DNA from: Limnohabitans sp.
Lineage (GTDB): Bacteria; Pseudomonadota; Gammaproteobacteria; Burkholderiales; Burkholderiaceae_C
Reading direction: 5' to 3'
Assembly (NCBI GenBank): GCA_018882835.1
Contig: VERE01000001.1
Location: forward strand, 108,271-172,270
DNA: 64,000 nucleotides
Made by a program: the position numbers and the translations under genes. The notes under the pieces are model-generated. The model searched no databases and was not told the origin of the DNA. It saw nothing but the letters and a program-made list of their open reading frames with translations. This document shows positions 8,381-19,229 of this stretch, piece by piece (within the stretch, counting starts at the first letter, position 1; every line of letters starts with the position of its first letter).

Positions 8381-10962
8381 TGGAAGTGTCACGTATCCGC
8401 GCGCTGCGCGGCCCCAATCTCTGGACACGCCACACGGCCGTCGAAGCCATGGTCCGTTGTGGTGAAAATGAAACCGATTTGACCAAGCTGCCTGGCTTCG
8501 AGGCCCGGCTGCGCCATTTGTTTCCCGGCATCGGCCACTTGCGTGCCAGCGAGCGAGGGGCCAAGGTCACCATGGCCCACGCACTGGAAGCCGCCACTTT
8601 GCACCTGCAAACCGAAGCAGGCTGCCCGGTCACCTTCAGCCGCAGCACGCCCACCACAGAACCCGACCTTTTTCAGGTGGTGGTGGAGTACACCGAGGAG
8701 CAAGTGGGCACGCTGGCCTTGTCCTTGGCAGAAAAACTTTGCGCAGCTGCGCTCCATGACCAAGCCTTCGATCTAGAAGGCGCGGTCAAACAGCTGCATG
8801 AGCTCGACGAAGACATTCGTTTGGGTCCGTCAACCGGCTCCATTGTCGATGCCGCCGTCGCGCGTGGCATCCCTTTCCGTCGCTTGACCGAAGGCAGCCT
8901 GGTGCAGTTCGGCTGGGGCAGCAAGCAGCGCCGCATCCAGGCAGCGGAGGTCGACAGCAGCAGCGCCATCGCCGAATCGATTGCGCAAGACAAAGAGCTC
9001 ACCAAAAGGCTCTTGCATGCCGCAGGCGTGCCCGTCCCCTTGGGGCGCCCTGTTGAAGACGCTGAAGATGCCTGGATCGCGGCCCAGGAAATTGGCCTCC
9101 CCGTGGTGGTCAAGCCGCGCGATGGCAACCAGGGCAAAGGCGTGACCGTCAATGTCAGCACCCAAGAAGACATTACGGCGGCTTTTGAAAATGCGGCACG
9201 ATTTCGCGACGACGTGATGGTGGAACGCTACCTTCCCGGCAGCGACTACCGGCTGTTGGTGGTCGGCGACCGACTGGTCGCAGCAGCCCGGCGCGAGCCC
9301 CCCCTGGTCACGGGGGATGGCCGCCACACGGTTCGCCAGCTGGTAGATCGCGTCAACGCTGACCCGCGCCGTGGTGATGGCCATGCCACCTCACTCACCA
9401 AAATTCGTTTTGACGAGGTGGCCCTGGCACGCCTGAAAGAACAAGGCTATGACGCCGACAGCGTCCCAGCCAAGGGCGCACGCGTCATTTTGCGCAACAA
9501 CGCCAATTTGTCGACGGGTGGCACGGCCACCGACGTAACGGACGATGTCCATCCCGAAGTGGCTGCCCGCGCCATTGCCGCCGCTCAAATGGTGGGCTTG
9601 GACATTTGCGGCGTCGATGTGGTGTGCGAAAGCGTGCTGCGCCCCCTGGAGGAACAAAGTGGCGGCATCGTTGAAGTGAATGCTGCGCCAGGTTTGCGCA
9701 TGCATTTGAACCCGTCCTTTGGCAAAGGCCGTGATGTTGGCGAAGCCATCGTGCAACTCATGTTCCCCAAAGGCGACGATGGCCGCATTCCCGTCATCGC
9801 CGTGACGGGCACCAATGGCAAGACCACCACGGTCCGGCTGACCTCCCATTTGCTGCGCAGCCATGGCTTGCGCGTGGGCATGACCAACACCGACGGCGTC
9901 TACATCAACGGCCGCCAGATTGACAGCGGCGATTGCAGCGGGCCTCGCAGCGCACGCAACGTGCTCATGCACCCCGATGTCGATGCGGCCGTGCTGGAGA
10001 CAGCGCGCGGCGGCATGTTGCGCGAAGGCCTCGCTTTTGACCGCTGTCAGGTGGCTGTGGTCACCAACATTGGCATGGGTGACCATCTCGGCCTGAACTA
10101 CATCACCACCGTGGAAGACCTGGCGGTGCTCAAACGCGTCATTGTGCAAAACGTTGCCAAGAGTGGCATGGCCGTACTCAACGCGGCCGATCCCATCGTC
10201 GCCGCCATGGCGGCCAATTGCCCTGGGCAGGTGACCTTCTTCGCATTCGATTCGCATCACCCCGTGATCGCGACCCACCGCGCGCAGGGCAAACGTGTGC
10301 TGTTCGTTGAAGACGACCAGATTGTCGCCATGCAAGGCAACATGCAAGTGCGAATTCCCTTGTCGGAAGTGCCTGTCACGCGCAGTGGCGCCATCACCTT
10401 TCAGATCGAAAATGCCATGGCCTCCATCGCGGCCGCATGGGCTGTGGGCGTACCCTGGGACGTGATCTGCAAAGGGCTCGCCAGTTTCGTGAGCGATGCG
10501 CAGGCGGTCCCGGGCCGCTTCAATGTGTTCGACTTCCGTGGCGCCACCGTCATTGCGGACTACGGCCACAACCCTGACGCCATCAAGGCACTGGTGCAAG
10601 CCGTGACCAACCTGCCTGCGCAGCGCCGCAGTGTGGTCATCAGTGGCGCAGGCGACCGCCGAGACGATGACATTCGCGAGCAGACCCGCATCATTGGTGA
10701 CGCTTTTGACGAAGTGGTGCTTTACCAAGACGCGTGCCAACGCGGACGGGTCGATGGCGAAGTCCTGGGGCTTTTGCGCCAAGGCCTGGAGGGCGCGCAG
10801 CGCACCAGCAAAGTGGATGAAATCTACGGTGAATTCAAGGCCATCGACCAAGCCATGGACCGACTCAAATCGGGCGATTTGTGCCTCATCCTGATTGACC
10901 AGGTTGACGAGGCGCTGGCCCACATCATGCGCCGCGTCAACACCAGCACCACCAGCGCTTGA
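8380..10962 (+). CDS. cphA: Cyanophycin synthetase
   Basis: RGPNLW, LGPSTGSIV, ATP-grasp (VVKPRDGNQGKGV, NANLSTGG, EVNAAPG), Mur domain GTNGKTT, ETARGG, DYGHNP; TGATG coupling to the upstream paralog. Confidence 0.95.
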   Translation: MEVSRIRALRGPNLWTRHTAVEAMVRCGENETDLTKLPGFEARLRHLFPGIGHLRASERGAKVTMAHALEAATLHLQTEAGCPVTFSRSTPTTEPDLFQVVVEYTEEQVGTLALSLAEKLCAAALHDQAFDLEGAVKQLHELDEDIRLGPSTGSIVDAAVARGIPFRRLTEGSLVQFGWGSKQRRIQAAEVDSSSAIAESIAQDKELTKRLLHAAGVPVPLGRPVEDAEDAWIAAQEIGLPVVVKPRDGNQGKGVTVNVSTQEDITAAFENAARFRDDVMVERYLPGSDYRLLVVGDRLVAAARREPPLVTGDGRHTVRQLVDRVNADPRRGDGHATSLTKIRFDEVALARLKEQGYDADSVPAKGARVILRNNANLSTGGTATDVTDDVHPEVAARAIAAAQMVGLDICGVDVVCESVLRPLEEQSGGIVEVNAAPGLRMHLNPSFGKGRDVGEAIVQLMFPKGDDGRIPVIAVTGTNGKTTTVRLTSHLLRSHGLRVGMTNTDGVYINGRQIDSGDCSGPRSARNVLMHPDVDAAVLETARGGMLREGLAFDRCQVAVVTNIGMGDHLGLNYITTVEDLAVLKRVIVQNVAKSGMAVLNAADPIVAAMAANCPGQVTFFAFDSHHPVIATHRAQGKRVLFVEDDQIVAMQGNMQVRIPLSEVPVTRSGAITFQIENAMASIAAAWAVGVPWDVICKGLASFVSDAQAVPGRFNVFDFRGATVIADYGHNPDAIKALVQAVTNLPAQRRSVVISGAGDRRDDDIREQTRIIGDAFDEVVLYQDACQRGRVDGEVLGLLRQGLEGAQRTSKVDEIYGEFKAIDQAMDRLKSGDLCLILIDQVDEALAHIMRRVNTSTTSA

Positions 10963-10966
10963 GGTT

Positions 10967-13468
10967 TCAGGGCGCTGGCGCCATGGCATGGTGCCAATAC
11001 CGCGGGCGCTGCGTTCTCTCGCATGTCATGTCATCCGGTGCATCGCTGCGCCAAATGGCGGCGCCGCAATGTGCCGTGTTAATCCACTTCGCTTGCGCTG
11101 CCTCATACCTGGCTTGCACGGCAGGTGCGGGGTGCCCAAACCGGTTGCGATAGCCTGCTTGCACCCAGGCCCACTTGGGCTGCACGGCTTGCACAAATTG
11201 CGCCGAAGAAGACGTCAGACTGCCATGATGGGGCACCAGCAGCAGATCGGCCTTGAGCGCCTCTGGGTCGTGCGACAACAAGCGTTTTTCTTGGGGTGAT
11301 TCGATGTCGGCCACCAGCAAGGCAGCACGGCCTTGCGCAGAAATTTTTAGCACGCAACTCAGTGCATTGGGTTTGCGCTGCAAGGCATAGTCGACTGGCA
11401 TGGGATGCAAAAACTCAAACAACACGCCATCCCATTCCCAACGTTCCCCCCGCAGGCATGCCTGAGAATTGTCCAGTGCCGCCAGCGCATGCCCCTGGGG
11501 TATGCCGCGCCAAATCCGGGCCTGCGGCTGCATCGCCCGCACAGCGAGCGCGCCGCCAGTGTGATCGCTGTCCTGGTGGCTTAGCACCATGGCGTCCAGC
11601 CGCTCATTGCCATGGCGCAGCAAGGGCACAATCACGCGCTGACCCGCATCAGTCTCGCGGGAATAGCGCGGGCCGGCGTCGTAAAGAAGCGCATGGCGCG
11701 CTGTACGCACAACAACGGCGTTGCCCTGGCCCACATCTGCAGCCAGAATTTCAAAAACCCCTTGCGCCGGCCGCTCTGCCTGCCAAAAAAAACAAGGCAA
11801 CAGCATGGGAAGCCCCCAAAGGCGCCACTGAAATGGCCCGGGCAGCACCAGCAGCAAGGAGCCCAACAGTGCCAGGGCGCTCAATGCCCAAGGCGGGGTG
11901 GCGCTGCTCCAGGTGGCCCATGGCCAAGCGGCAAGCGGTGTCATCAGTGCCATCAAAAGCGCCAGAGAGTCAGCGCTCCAATTCCACAGCCAAGGCAACC
12001 CCATGCCCAGCAATGCCAAGGGGGTGACCCAAAAAGTAACCCACGGAATGGCCACTGCATTGGCAACCAGTCCCACCAGGGAAACCTGCTGAAAAAAGAG
12101 AAGGCACAAGGGACTGAGGGTCACCGTCATGAGCGCTTGTTCGCGCCACCAGCGACGCAGCGTCTGTCGCAGTCCCATCGCTGACGACCCCGTGAGTGCC
12201 GGATTCAACGCCGATGTATCCGTGCCTCCCGCAAACAACACAGCCACCGCCACATAGCTCAACCAGAAGCCTGGCTGCAGAAGCGCCAAGGGATCGAACA
12301 GCAAGACTGCCGCAAACACCCCACCCCACACCAGCGGGGTGGGCCAGCGCCGTCCACTGAATTGCAACACACTGGTCAGGGTCAGCATCCAGACCGTGCG
12401 CTGGGCCGGCAAGCCCCACCCGCTGAACAAGGCATAAGCCCAGGCGGCCGCCAATCCCGCGCAAAGGCCGGCCCAAGGCGCAGGCAGCCACAAGCTCCAT
12501 GACGCGCCGAACACATCGGTGCGTCGCCACAAAAAAATCACCAGGGCACGCAACCACCAAGCCAGCAAGGTCACATGCAATCCTGAAATGCTCATCAGAT
12601 GGGCAATGCCGGTGGCGCGAAAAACATCCCAATCGGAACGTTCAATGCCGGTGGCGTCGCCCACCACCAACCCCGCCAGAATGTGCGCCCAGCGCGGTTC
12701 GCTCACGCGCTCATGAATGCGATCGCGCATGCTTTGACGCCATTGCGCCCACAGGTGGTGCGAGGTCATCGCAAGCCGGCTCGCCATGCGGTCATTGGGT
12801 CCATTGCGCACGGTCCCTGTGGCGCCCAGACCGTGCTCCCAGGCCCAGCGCTCGAAGTCAAAGCCACCGGGATTCATCTGGCCATGGACCTGCTTGAGTC
12901 GAACGGACAACGTCCAGCGTTCCCCTGCACGCAGGCGCTCGGGCAAGCCTGTGTCTAGCGCTGTCCCTCGGCCATACCAGCCCAGCAAAATTCGCTGCGG
13001 CACCGCCAGGGGCGCACCTGTGTCTTCGCGCCAGGCACTCTCTACATCCAACTGAAATCGCCAGCTGTCCTCATGTTGCTGGGGCAAGTCGGACACCACC
13101 CCTTGCAAGCGCAAGGTCGGCCCCTCCCAGTCCGTCGTGGAAACTTGCGGGTGGCGCCAAACCGCATGAACATTCATCCAGCTCCAGGCGAGCCAGGCCG
13201 CACAGCAACACGCCACCATCCAGGCGCCAACAGCGTGGCCAACAGCGGCCTGTTTTGGCAAAGGCTGCCCCACCCGTCGCCAAAGCAGGCCATTGACGCA
13301 CACTGCCAAGGCCAGCTGGGCGAGCGCCCAATTGCTTTGCGGCAACCGAAGTTGTTGCACATGCAAGGTGGCCGCAAGCACAACGCCCATGGCGAGCGGC
13401 GACAGCCCAGGTCGATGGAAAAAAGTGCGCACACAAGCTCCCCCCCGACGACGGGGATGGCTGACCAA
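10967..13468 (-). CDS. comEC: DNA internalization competence protein ComEC/Rec2
   Basis: NPGGFDFE, HLMSISGLH, TM region, MBL domain DVGQG, SHQDSDH, PHHGS, NRFGHP; start uncertain. Confidence 0.92.
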   Translation of the reverse strand: MVSHPRRRGGACVRTFFHRPGLSPLAMGVVLAATLHVQQLRLPQSNWALAQLALAVCVNGLLWRRVGQPLPKQAAVGHAVGAWMVACCCAAWLAWSWMNVHAVWRHPQVSTTDWEGPTLRLQGVVSDLPQQHEDSWRFQLDVESAWREDTGAPLAVPQRILLGWYGRGTALDTGLPERLRAGERWTLSVRLKQVHGQMNPGGFDFERWAWEHGLGATGTVRNGPNDRMASRLAMTSHHLWAQWRQSMRDRIHERVSEPRWAHILAGLVVGDATGIERSDWDVFRATGIAHLMSISGLHVTLLAWWLRALVIFLWRRTDVFGASWSLWLPAPWAGLCAGLAAAWAYALFSGWGLPAQRTVWMLTLTSVLQFSGRRWPTPLVWGGVFAAVLLFDPLALLQPGFWLSYVAVAVLFAGGTDTSALNPALTGSSAMGLRQTLRRWWREQALMTVTLSPLCLLFFQQVSLVGLVANAVAIPWVTFWVTPLALLGMGLPWLWNWSADSLALLMALMTPLAAWPWATWSSATPPWALSALALLGSLLLVLPGPFQWRLWGLPMLLPCFFWQAERPAQGVFEILAADVGQGNAVVVRTARHALLYDAGPRYSRETDAGQRVIVPLLRHGNERLDAMVLSHQDSDHTGGALAVRAMQPQARIWRGIPQGHALAALDNSQACLRGERWEWDGVLFEFLHPMPVDYALQRKPNALSCVLKISAQGRAALLVADIESPQEKRLLSHDPEALKADLLLVPHHGSLTSSSAQFVQAVQPKWAWVQAGYRNRFGHPAPAVQARYEAAQAKWINTAHCGAAIWRSDAPDDMTCERTQRPRYWHHAMAPAP

Positions 13469-13519
13469 AAAGTCAGCCCAGGAGAGTCGTGCGGAGGTAT
13501 GACTTTAGGCGCTACCGTC

Positions 13520-13957
13520 TCAGCCGGCGCTATCGCAAATTTCTTTTTTAAGAAGCGCCAGGTAGGTTCCAGGGCGAATCGGCGCTTCTTTGGTACGCCA
13601 TTCCTGGTCATCCTGTGTTGCCACTTCGCGGCCTTTTCCCTGGGGTTTGTTGAAATAGCTGACCGACAGTTTGACCGCCATGTCGGTTTTGCAATAGACC
13701 CGCCAACGGGTCATCGCAGATTGGTAATTTTCACCATTGGGCGCTTTGGTGGCTTTGTTCAGGTCCATCAACGTCCAGGCATAGCGGCTGACATGAACCG
13801 CTTTGACAGAGTTTTTGTCCCAGAAATAACTGGTCTCGTCGTCCTTCTCAAGCTCGGCCCATTCTGCCTGGGCACCCGGAGCAAGCGCCAACAGCAAGGC
13901 CGACAAACCGCCATAAGCCAGCACTCTTTTCAATCCGATGCCCCCAAATCGCTTCAT
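13520..13957 (-). CDS. Small exported protein, surface-adhesin E-like
   Basis: Signal peptide ending AQA-EW; two Cys; YQSA...C pattern. Confidence 0.6.
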   Translation of the reverse strand: MKRFGGIGLKRVLAYGGLSALLLALAPGAQAEWAELEKDDETSYFWDKNSVKAVHVSRYAWTLMDLNKATKAPNGENYQSAMTRWRVYCKTDMAVKLSVSYFNKPQGKGREVATQDDQEWRTKEAPIRPGTYLALLKKEICDSAG

Positions 13958-14057
13958 TTTCCCAAATCCGTTTTTGCCACAGAGCGTACATCGGCACGAA
14001 CCTGACGCAACTTGAGACTGGCAGGCTCTAAACTAGACAGATTCACAGGAGTTTTCC

Positions 14058-14528
14058 ATGAGCGTTTACCAAAAGCTTCAAGCACTGAATATTCAATTGC
14101 CGCCCGTCGCGACGCCCGCCGCAGCCTACGTACCCTTTGTCCAGACGGGCAAGCTTGTCTACATCAGCGGTCACATTGCCAAACGAGATGGCAAAGTCTG
14201 GGCCGGCCAGCTGGGCCGCACCATGACCACCGACGAAGGCCGCCAGGCCGCACATGCCGTGGCGATTGACCTGTTGGGGACCTTGCATGCCGCCTGCCAA
14301 GCCGCTGGCGGCGACTTGAACCGCGTCAAGCGCATCGTCAAAGTGGTCAGCCTGGTCAACTCCAGCCCTGACTTCACGGAGCACCACCTGGTCACCAATG
14401 GCTGCAGCGAGTTGCTGGGCCAGGTGCTGGGCGCTGCCGGCCAGCACGCTCGCAGCGCTTTTGGTGTGGCCCAACTGCCCATGGGAGCATGCGTTGAAAT
14501 TGAACTGGTGGCCGAGCTGACCGAATGA
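14058..14528 (+). CDS. RidA/YjgF family protein
   Basis: AAYVP, ISGHI, NGCSEL, HARSAFGVAQLP, VEIE motifs; AGGAG RBS. Confidence 0.9.
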   Translation: MSVYQKLQALNIQLPPVATPAAAYVPFVQTGKLVYISGHIAKRDGKVWAGQLGRTMTTDEGRQAAHAVAIDLLGTLHAACQAAGGDLNRVKRIVKVVSLVNSSPDFTEHHLVTNGCSELLGQVLGAAGQHARSAFGVAQLPMGACVEIELVAELTE

Positions 14529-15865
14529 CCCAAGGCTTCCTGCACGAGCCAGCCCGCCAAACACCGGTCCTGGGCGATTACGACGTGGTCGTTTTGGGGG
14601 GCGGTCCCGCCGGCATCATGGCCGCCACATCCGCAGCCGCCCTGGGCAGCCAAACCTTGCTGGTTGAACACTACGGTTTTTTAGGGGGCATGGGCACGGC
14701 CGCTGGCGTCACCAATTTTTGTGGCTTGCATGCCAATGTGTTTGGCGAAGTGCAGCAAGTCGTGCACGGCCTGACCGATGAGTTGCTGGAGCGCATGCGT
14801 CAGCTCGATGGCTTGAATACGCCGCACAGCCTGTTTGGTGGCAAGATCGCGGCGCAGGCTTACGACAATGCGGCCTTCAAAGTGGCCGCCGATCAGCTCA
14901 CCACTGCACGCGGGGTCGAGCTGTTGTTCCACAGCCGCGCGGTGGGGGTCAGCCTGTCGGGTGAGCGTCAGTTGCAAGCCTTGTTGCTGGAGACCAAGTC
15001 AGGGCGTTACGCCGTGCGTGCGCAACGTTTCATTGACTGCTCCGGGGATGGTGACCTGTTCGCACAGGCCGGCGTTCGCTTCGAAAAGGGCGAGACTGGC
15101 GCCGACATGATGTACCCCTCTTCCATGTTTCGGGTGCAAGGCGTGGATGCCGCCAAAGCCGGCGATGCCTGGAACCATTTCGGCGAATGGATGGCACAAG
15201 CTGAGGCCAAAGGCCGTCGCTTTCCCCGCAAAAGCCCCATCATCCGACCGCAAAAAAACCCATCGGAGTGGCGTGCCAATGTCACCCAGCTCAGCCGGGC
15301 CAATGGCGAGCCCATCGACGGCACGGACGTCTTGCAACTCAGTGCGGCAGAGCTGCAAGGCCGCGCTCAAATTGTGGACTTTCTGGATTTTTTGCGCGAA
15401 TATGCGCCAGGATTTGAAAAGGCCTACTTGCTGGAAATCGCGCCGCAGGTGGGCATTCGGGAAACAAGGCGCATGGTGGGTGCCTACCAGTTGAGTGAAA
15501 CCGATGTCTTGAACTGCGCCAGCTTCGAGGATAGCATCGGCGTGAATGGCTGGATGATCGAAGAGCATGTGGCCGGCAATGTGTCGTTTCGCTGGCAAGA
15601 CATTCCGAACTGTCGAGGCTATAACCAACTGCCCTATCGCATGTTGTTGCCGCTGGAAATCGATAATTTGCTGGTCGCAGGTCGCTGCGCCAGCATGACC
15701 CATGGCGGGCAATCGGCCGCCCGTGTGTCTGGCGCCTGCTTTGCCATGGGGCAAGCGGCTGGCACAGCCGCTGCCTTGAGTTTGAAGCACCAGCAACGGC
15801 CTCGGGACCTCTCGGCCCTGACCTTGCAAGAACAATTGCAACGTAACGGTGCCTTTTTAGGCTGA
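14525..15865 (+). CDS. FAD-dependent oxidoreductase
   Basis: DVVVLGGGPAG, FIDCSGDGD, GIRETRR, NLLVAGRC motifs. Confidence 0.88.
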   Translation: MTQGFLHEPARQTPVLGDYDVVVLGGGPAGIMAATSAAALGSQTLLVEHYGFLGGMGTAAGVTNFCGLHANVFGEVQQVVHGLTDELLERMRQLDGLNTPHSLFGGKIAAQAYDNAAFKVAADQLTTARGVELLFHSRAVGVSLSGERQLQALLLETKSGRYAVRAQRFIDCSGDGDLFAQAGVRFEKGETGADMMYPSSMFRVQGVDAAKAGDAWNHFGEWMAQAEAKGRRFPRKSPIIRPQKNPSEWRANVTQLSRANGEPIDGTDVLQLSAAELQGRAQIVDFLDFLREYAPGFEKAYLLEIAPQVGIRETRRMVGAYQLSETDVLNCASFEDSIGVNGWMIEEHVAGNVSFRWQDIPNCRGYNQLPYRMLLPLEIDNLLVAGRCASMTHGGQSAARVSGACFAMGQAAGTAAALSLKHQQRPRDLSALTLQEQLQRNGAFLG

Positions 15866-15892
15866 GTCTCTTAACTGAACTGGAAAGAAATC

Positions 15893-16864
15893 ATGACACG
15901 ACGTTCCCTTTTGCTGGCGGCAGCCACAGCGCTCACCGTCTCGCTGCCAACCCTGGCTTTGGCACAGGCGGCCTGGCCGACCAAGCCTTTGCGATTGCTG
16001 GTGGGTTTTCCCGCAGGCTCGACGCCAGACATCTCTGCGCGCACCCTGGCCGAGCCTCTGTCCAAGGCGCTAGGTCAGCCTGTGGTGGTGGAGAACAAGC
16101 CTGGGGCCGCGGGTAATTTGGCGACCGACCTGGTGGCCAAAGCAGCGGACGATCACACCCTGGGCGTGGTCATCAATGGCAACCTGACCTCCGCCAAATT
16201 GCTCTACCCTCAACTCCCATATGACCCAGCCAAAGATTTCTCCTTTCTGTCGTTGTTGACCACCGCACCGTTGGTTCTGGTGGCGCCTGCCGATTTGCCA
16301 AGCGGGGCAGAGTTTTTTGCCACGGCGCAAAAGGCCGCAGACAAATGGAACTATGGCTCTGTGGGCAATGGTTCGGTGGCCCATCTGGGCATGGAGTTGT
16401 TGAAGTCGCGCGCGCCAGGCTTGACGCCTGTGCATGTTCCCTACCAAGGCAATCCGGCCGTGATCACGGCCATGTTGGGTGGCCAGATTCAGCTTTCGCT
16501 GGTGCCTCCGGGCTTGGCCATGCCGCAAGTCAAGGCTGGCAAGCTGCGCGCCATCGGCGTGACCTCTTCCCGCAGCAGTGCCCTGGTACCGGAGGTGCCC
16601 TCGCTCACCGAAGCCGGCGTGCGCGACTTCAACCTGGAGGTGTGGACCGCCTTGATCGGGCCCGCCAGTTTATCCAAGGCAGCGCAAGACAAACTGTCGG
16701 CAGAAATAGCAAAGATTTACAACGACGCCGACATTCAGCGCAAACTGCTGACGGCGGGTTGGCAGCCTGTAGGCAGCACAGCCGATGGGTTGCGCCAGCG
16801 GGTGCGTGATGAAGCTGCCCTGCTGGGCAACATCATCAGCACGCGCGGCATCAAACTCGACTGA
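15893..16864 (+). CDS. Bug/TctC tripartite tricarboxylate transporter substrate-binding protein
   Basis: Signal peptide, GFPAGSTPD, VENKPGAAG, HVPYQG motifs. Confidence 0.92.
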   Translation: MTRRSLLLAAATALTVSLPTLALAQAAWPTKPLRLLVGFPAGSTPDISARTLAEPLSKALGQPVVVENKPGAAGNLATDLVAKAADDHTLGVVINGNLTSAKLLYPQLPYDPAKDFSFLSLLTTAPLVLVAPADLPSGAEFFATAQKAADKWNYGSVGNGSVAHLGMELLKSRAPGLTPVHVPYQGNPAVITAMLGGQIQLSLVPPGLAMPQVKAGKLRAIGVTSSRSSALVPEVPSLTEAGVRDFNLEVWTALIGPASLSKAAQDKLSAEIAKIYNDADIQRKLLTAGWQPVGSTADGLRQRVRDEAALLGNIISTRGIKLD

Positions 16865-16875
16865 CCCGTCGGGGC

Positions 16876-19227
16876 TTATTCCACACGCAGAATAGCGGTT
16901 GGCTTGAAGCCCAAGTCGGCTGCCTTGCCTTTGCGTGCGCGCGCCGCACGGGCGTTGTTCAGGCTGCGAATTTCCAGCGTGTCCTCGCGTTCTTTGCCGC
17001 CCCGGCCTATACCCACAATTCGCACACTGCGGGTGTAAGCCGCCGCGCCAGCGAGGCTGTCTTTGGCTTCCAGGTCGAGCAGCATCAGGCCACGGCCGCC
17101 CTTGTCCATGGTTTTGAGCTCGGAAATTTCAAACGTCAGAATGCGCCCCCCCGTCGAAGCACAAGCCACATGGGTTGCGGCGGGCAAGGCTTGCGAGCCT
17201 GTGGTGCCGCTGACCCAAGAGGGGCGGCAGACGGTTTCGCCCTCAGCCAAGCTCACAAAGGCTTTGCCGCTCTTGTTGCGCGACACCATGTTGTCGACGC
17301 TGGCCAGGAAGCCATAGCCCCCCGAACCGCTGAGCAACAGAACGGCGTTCGTGGGCCCGGCAAAGTAATGCGCGGGCTGGGTACCGGCCTCCAGGTCGAT
17401 CAAGGTGGTGATCGGCTGCCCATCCCCACGCGCACCCGGCAAAGACGCCACCGGCTCGGAGTACATGCGGCCGTTGCTGCCCAGCACCAACAAGACATCG
17501 ATGGTGCGGCACTCGAAGGTGCCATAAAGGCCATCGCCCGCCTTGAAGGCAAAGCTGGCGGCATCGTGCCCATGGCCTGAGCGCGCCCGCACCCAGCCTT
17601 TGTCGGACACCACCACGGTGACCGGCTCATCGATCACCCGCACCTCGGCCACGGCGCGCTTTTCTTCCTGGATCAGCGTGCGGCGCGCATCGGCAAATTG
17701 TTTGGCATCGGCCTCGATTTCCTTGACCATCAGGCGGCGCAAAGCAGCCGGGCTTTCCAAAATTTCTTCCAGCTTTTTTTGCTCTTCGCGCAAATTGGCC
17801 AACTCTTGTTCGATCTTGATGGCTTCGAGCCGCGCCAACTGACGCAAGCGAATTTCAAGAATGTCTTCAGCCTGGCGCTCGCTCAAACGGAAACGATCGA
17901 TCAACGCTTGCTTGGGCTCATCGCTTTGGCGAATGATGGCAATCACCTCGTCGATGTTCAGCAGCACCAGTTGTCGGCCTTCGAGGATGTGAATGCGGTC
18001 CAGCACCTTGTCCAGCCGGAAGCGCGAACGGCGCTGCACTGTGGCCTGACGGAAGCTGATCCACTCCTCGAACATCTGGCGCAGCGTCTTTTGGACCGGA
18101 CGGCCGTCCAGACCGACACCTGTGAGGTTGATGGACGAGGAGGTTTCCAGACTGGTGTGCGCCAGCAAGGTGGTGATGAGTTCAGCCTGCTCGATGGTGC
18201 GGGTTTTGGGCTCGAACACCAAACGCACCGGCGCATCCTTGGACGACTCGTCGCGCACGCCATCGAGCACACCCAAGACCGTGGCTTTGAGCTGCGTCTG
18301 GTCTTGCGACAGGCTTTTCTTGCCAGCCTTCACTTTGGGGTTGGTCAGCTCTTCAATTTCTTCCAGCACTTTTTGTGAGCTGACGCCCGGGGGCAATTCA
18401 TGCACCACCAGCTGCCACTGGCCGCGGGCCAAGTCTTCGATCTTCCAACGGGCACGCACCTTGAGCGAGCCGCGGCCGCTGCGGTAGGCCTCGGCAATGT
18501 CGGCGGCCGAACTGATGATCTGCCCGCCCGCCGGGTAATCCGGTCCGGGCAGCAAAGCCCACAACGCGCTGTCTTCGAGCTTGGGGTTCTTGATGAGGGC
18601 CACACAGGCATCGGCCACTTCACGCAGGTTGTGGCTGGGAATTTCAGTGGCCAGACCGACGGCAATGCCACTCGCGCCATTCAACAAAGTGAAGGGCAAG
18701 CGCGCGGGCAATTGGCGCGGCTCGTCGGTGGAACCGTCGTAGTTGGGCTGAAAGTCCACCGTGCCTTCGTCGATTTCATCGAGCAACAAGGAGCTGATGC
18801 GGGCCAAGCGGGCCTCGGTGTAACGCATGGCCGCGGCGCCATCGCCATCGCGGCTGCCGAAGTTTCCTTGCCCATCGATCAGGGGATAGCGCTGCGAAAA
18901 GTCTTGTGCCATGCGCACCAGGGCATCGTAGGCTGCCTGGTCACCGTGCGGGTGAAATCGGCCCAAGACGTCGCCCACCACGCGCGCGCTTTTCACGGGC
19001 TTGGCCCCGACCGTGCCATTGGCACCGCCAAACCCCAGGCCCATGCGGGACATGGCATAAAGAATGCGTCGCTGCACGGGTTTTTGGCCATCGCACACAT
19101 CGGGCAAGGCACGTCCCTTGACCACGCTCAGGGCGTATTCCAGATAGGCCTGGCGGGCATAGGCCCCCAGGCTGAGATCGGCATCGGGCGCCGCGGACGC
19201 CAGGTCCAACACAGTTTGATCAGTCAT
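16876..19227 (-). CDS. parC: DNA topoisomerase IV subunit A
   Basis: [25 protein letters not shown] (catalytic Tyr). Confidence 0.96.
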   Translation of the reverse strand: MTDQTVLDLASAAPDADLSLGAYARQAYLEYALSVVKGRALPDVCDGQKPVQRRILYAMSRMGLGFGGANGTVGAKPVKSARVVGDVLGRFHPHGDQAAYDALVRMAQDFSQRYPLIDGQGNFGSRDGDGAAAMRYTEARLARISSLLLDEIDEGTVDFQPNYDGSTDEPRQLPARLPFTLLNGASGIAVGLATEIPSHNLREVADACVALIKNPKLEDSALWALLPGPDYPAGGQIISSAADIAEAYRSGRGSLKVRARWKIEDLARGQWQLVVHELPPGVSSQKVLEEIEELTNPKVKAGKKSLSQDQTQLKATVLGVLDGVRDESSKDAPVRLVFEPKTRTIEQAELITTLLAHTSLETSSSINLTGVGLDGRPVQKTLRQMFEEWISFRQATVQRRSRFRLDKVLDRIHILEGRQLVLLNIDEVIAIIRQSDEPKQALIDRFRLSERQAEDILEIRLRQLARLEAIKIEQELANLREEQKKLEEILESPAALRRLMVKEIEADAKQFADARRTLIQEEKRAVAEVRVIDEPVTVVVSDKGWVRARSGHGHDAASFAFKAGDGLYGTFECRTIDVLLVLGSNGRMYSEPVASLPGARGDGQPITTLIDLEAGTQPAHYFAGPTNAVLLLSGSGGYGFLASVDNMVSRNKSGKAFVSLAEGETVCRPSWVSGTTGSQALPAATHVACASTGGRILTFEISELKTMDKGGRGLMLLDLEAKDSLAGAAAYTRSVRIVGIGRGGKEREDTLEIRSLNNARAARARKGKAADLGFKPTAILRVE

Positions 19228-19229
19228 GG

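Noticed and set aside
9391-10989. 532-aa antisense ORF over cphA
   Set aside because: Shadow frame of a GC-rich gene with biased codon usage; no recognisable motifs
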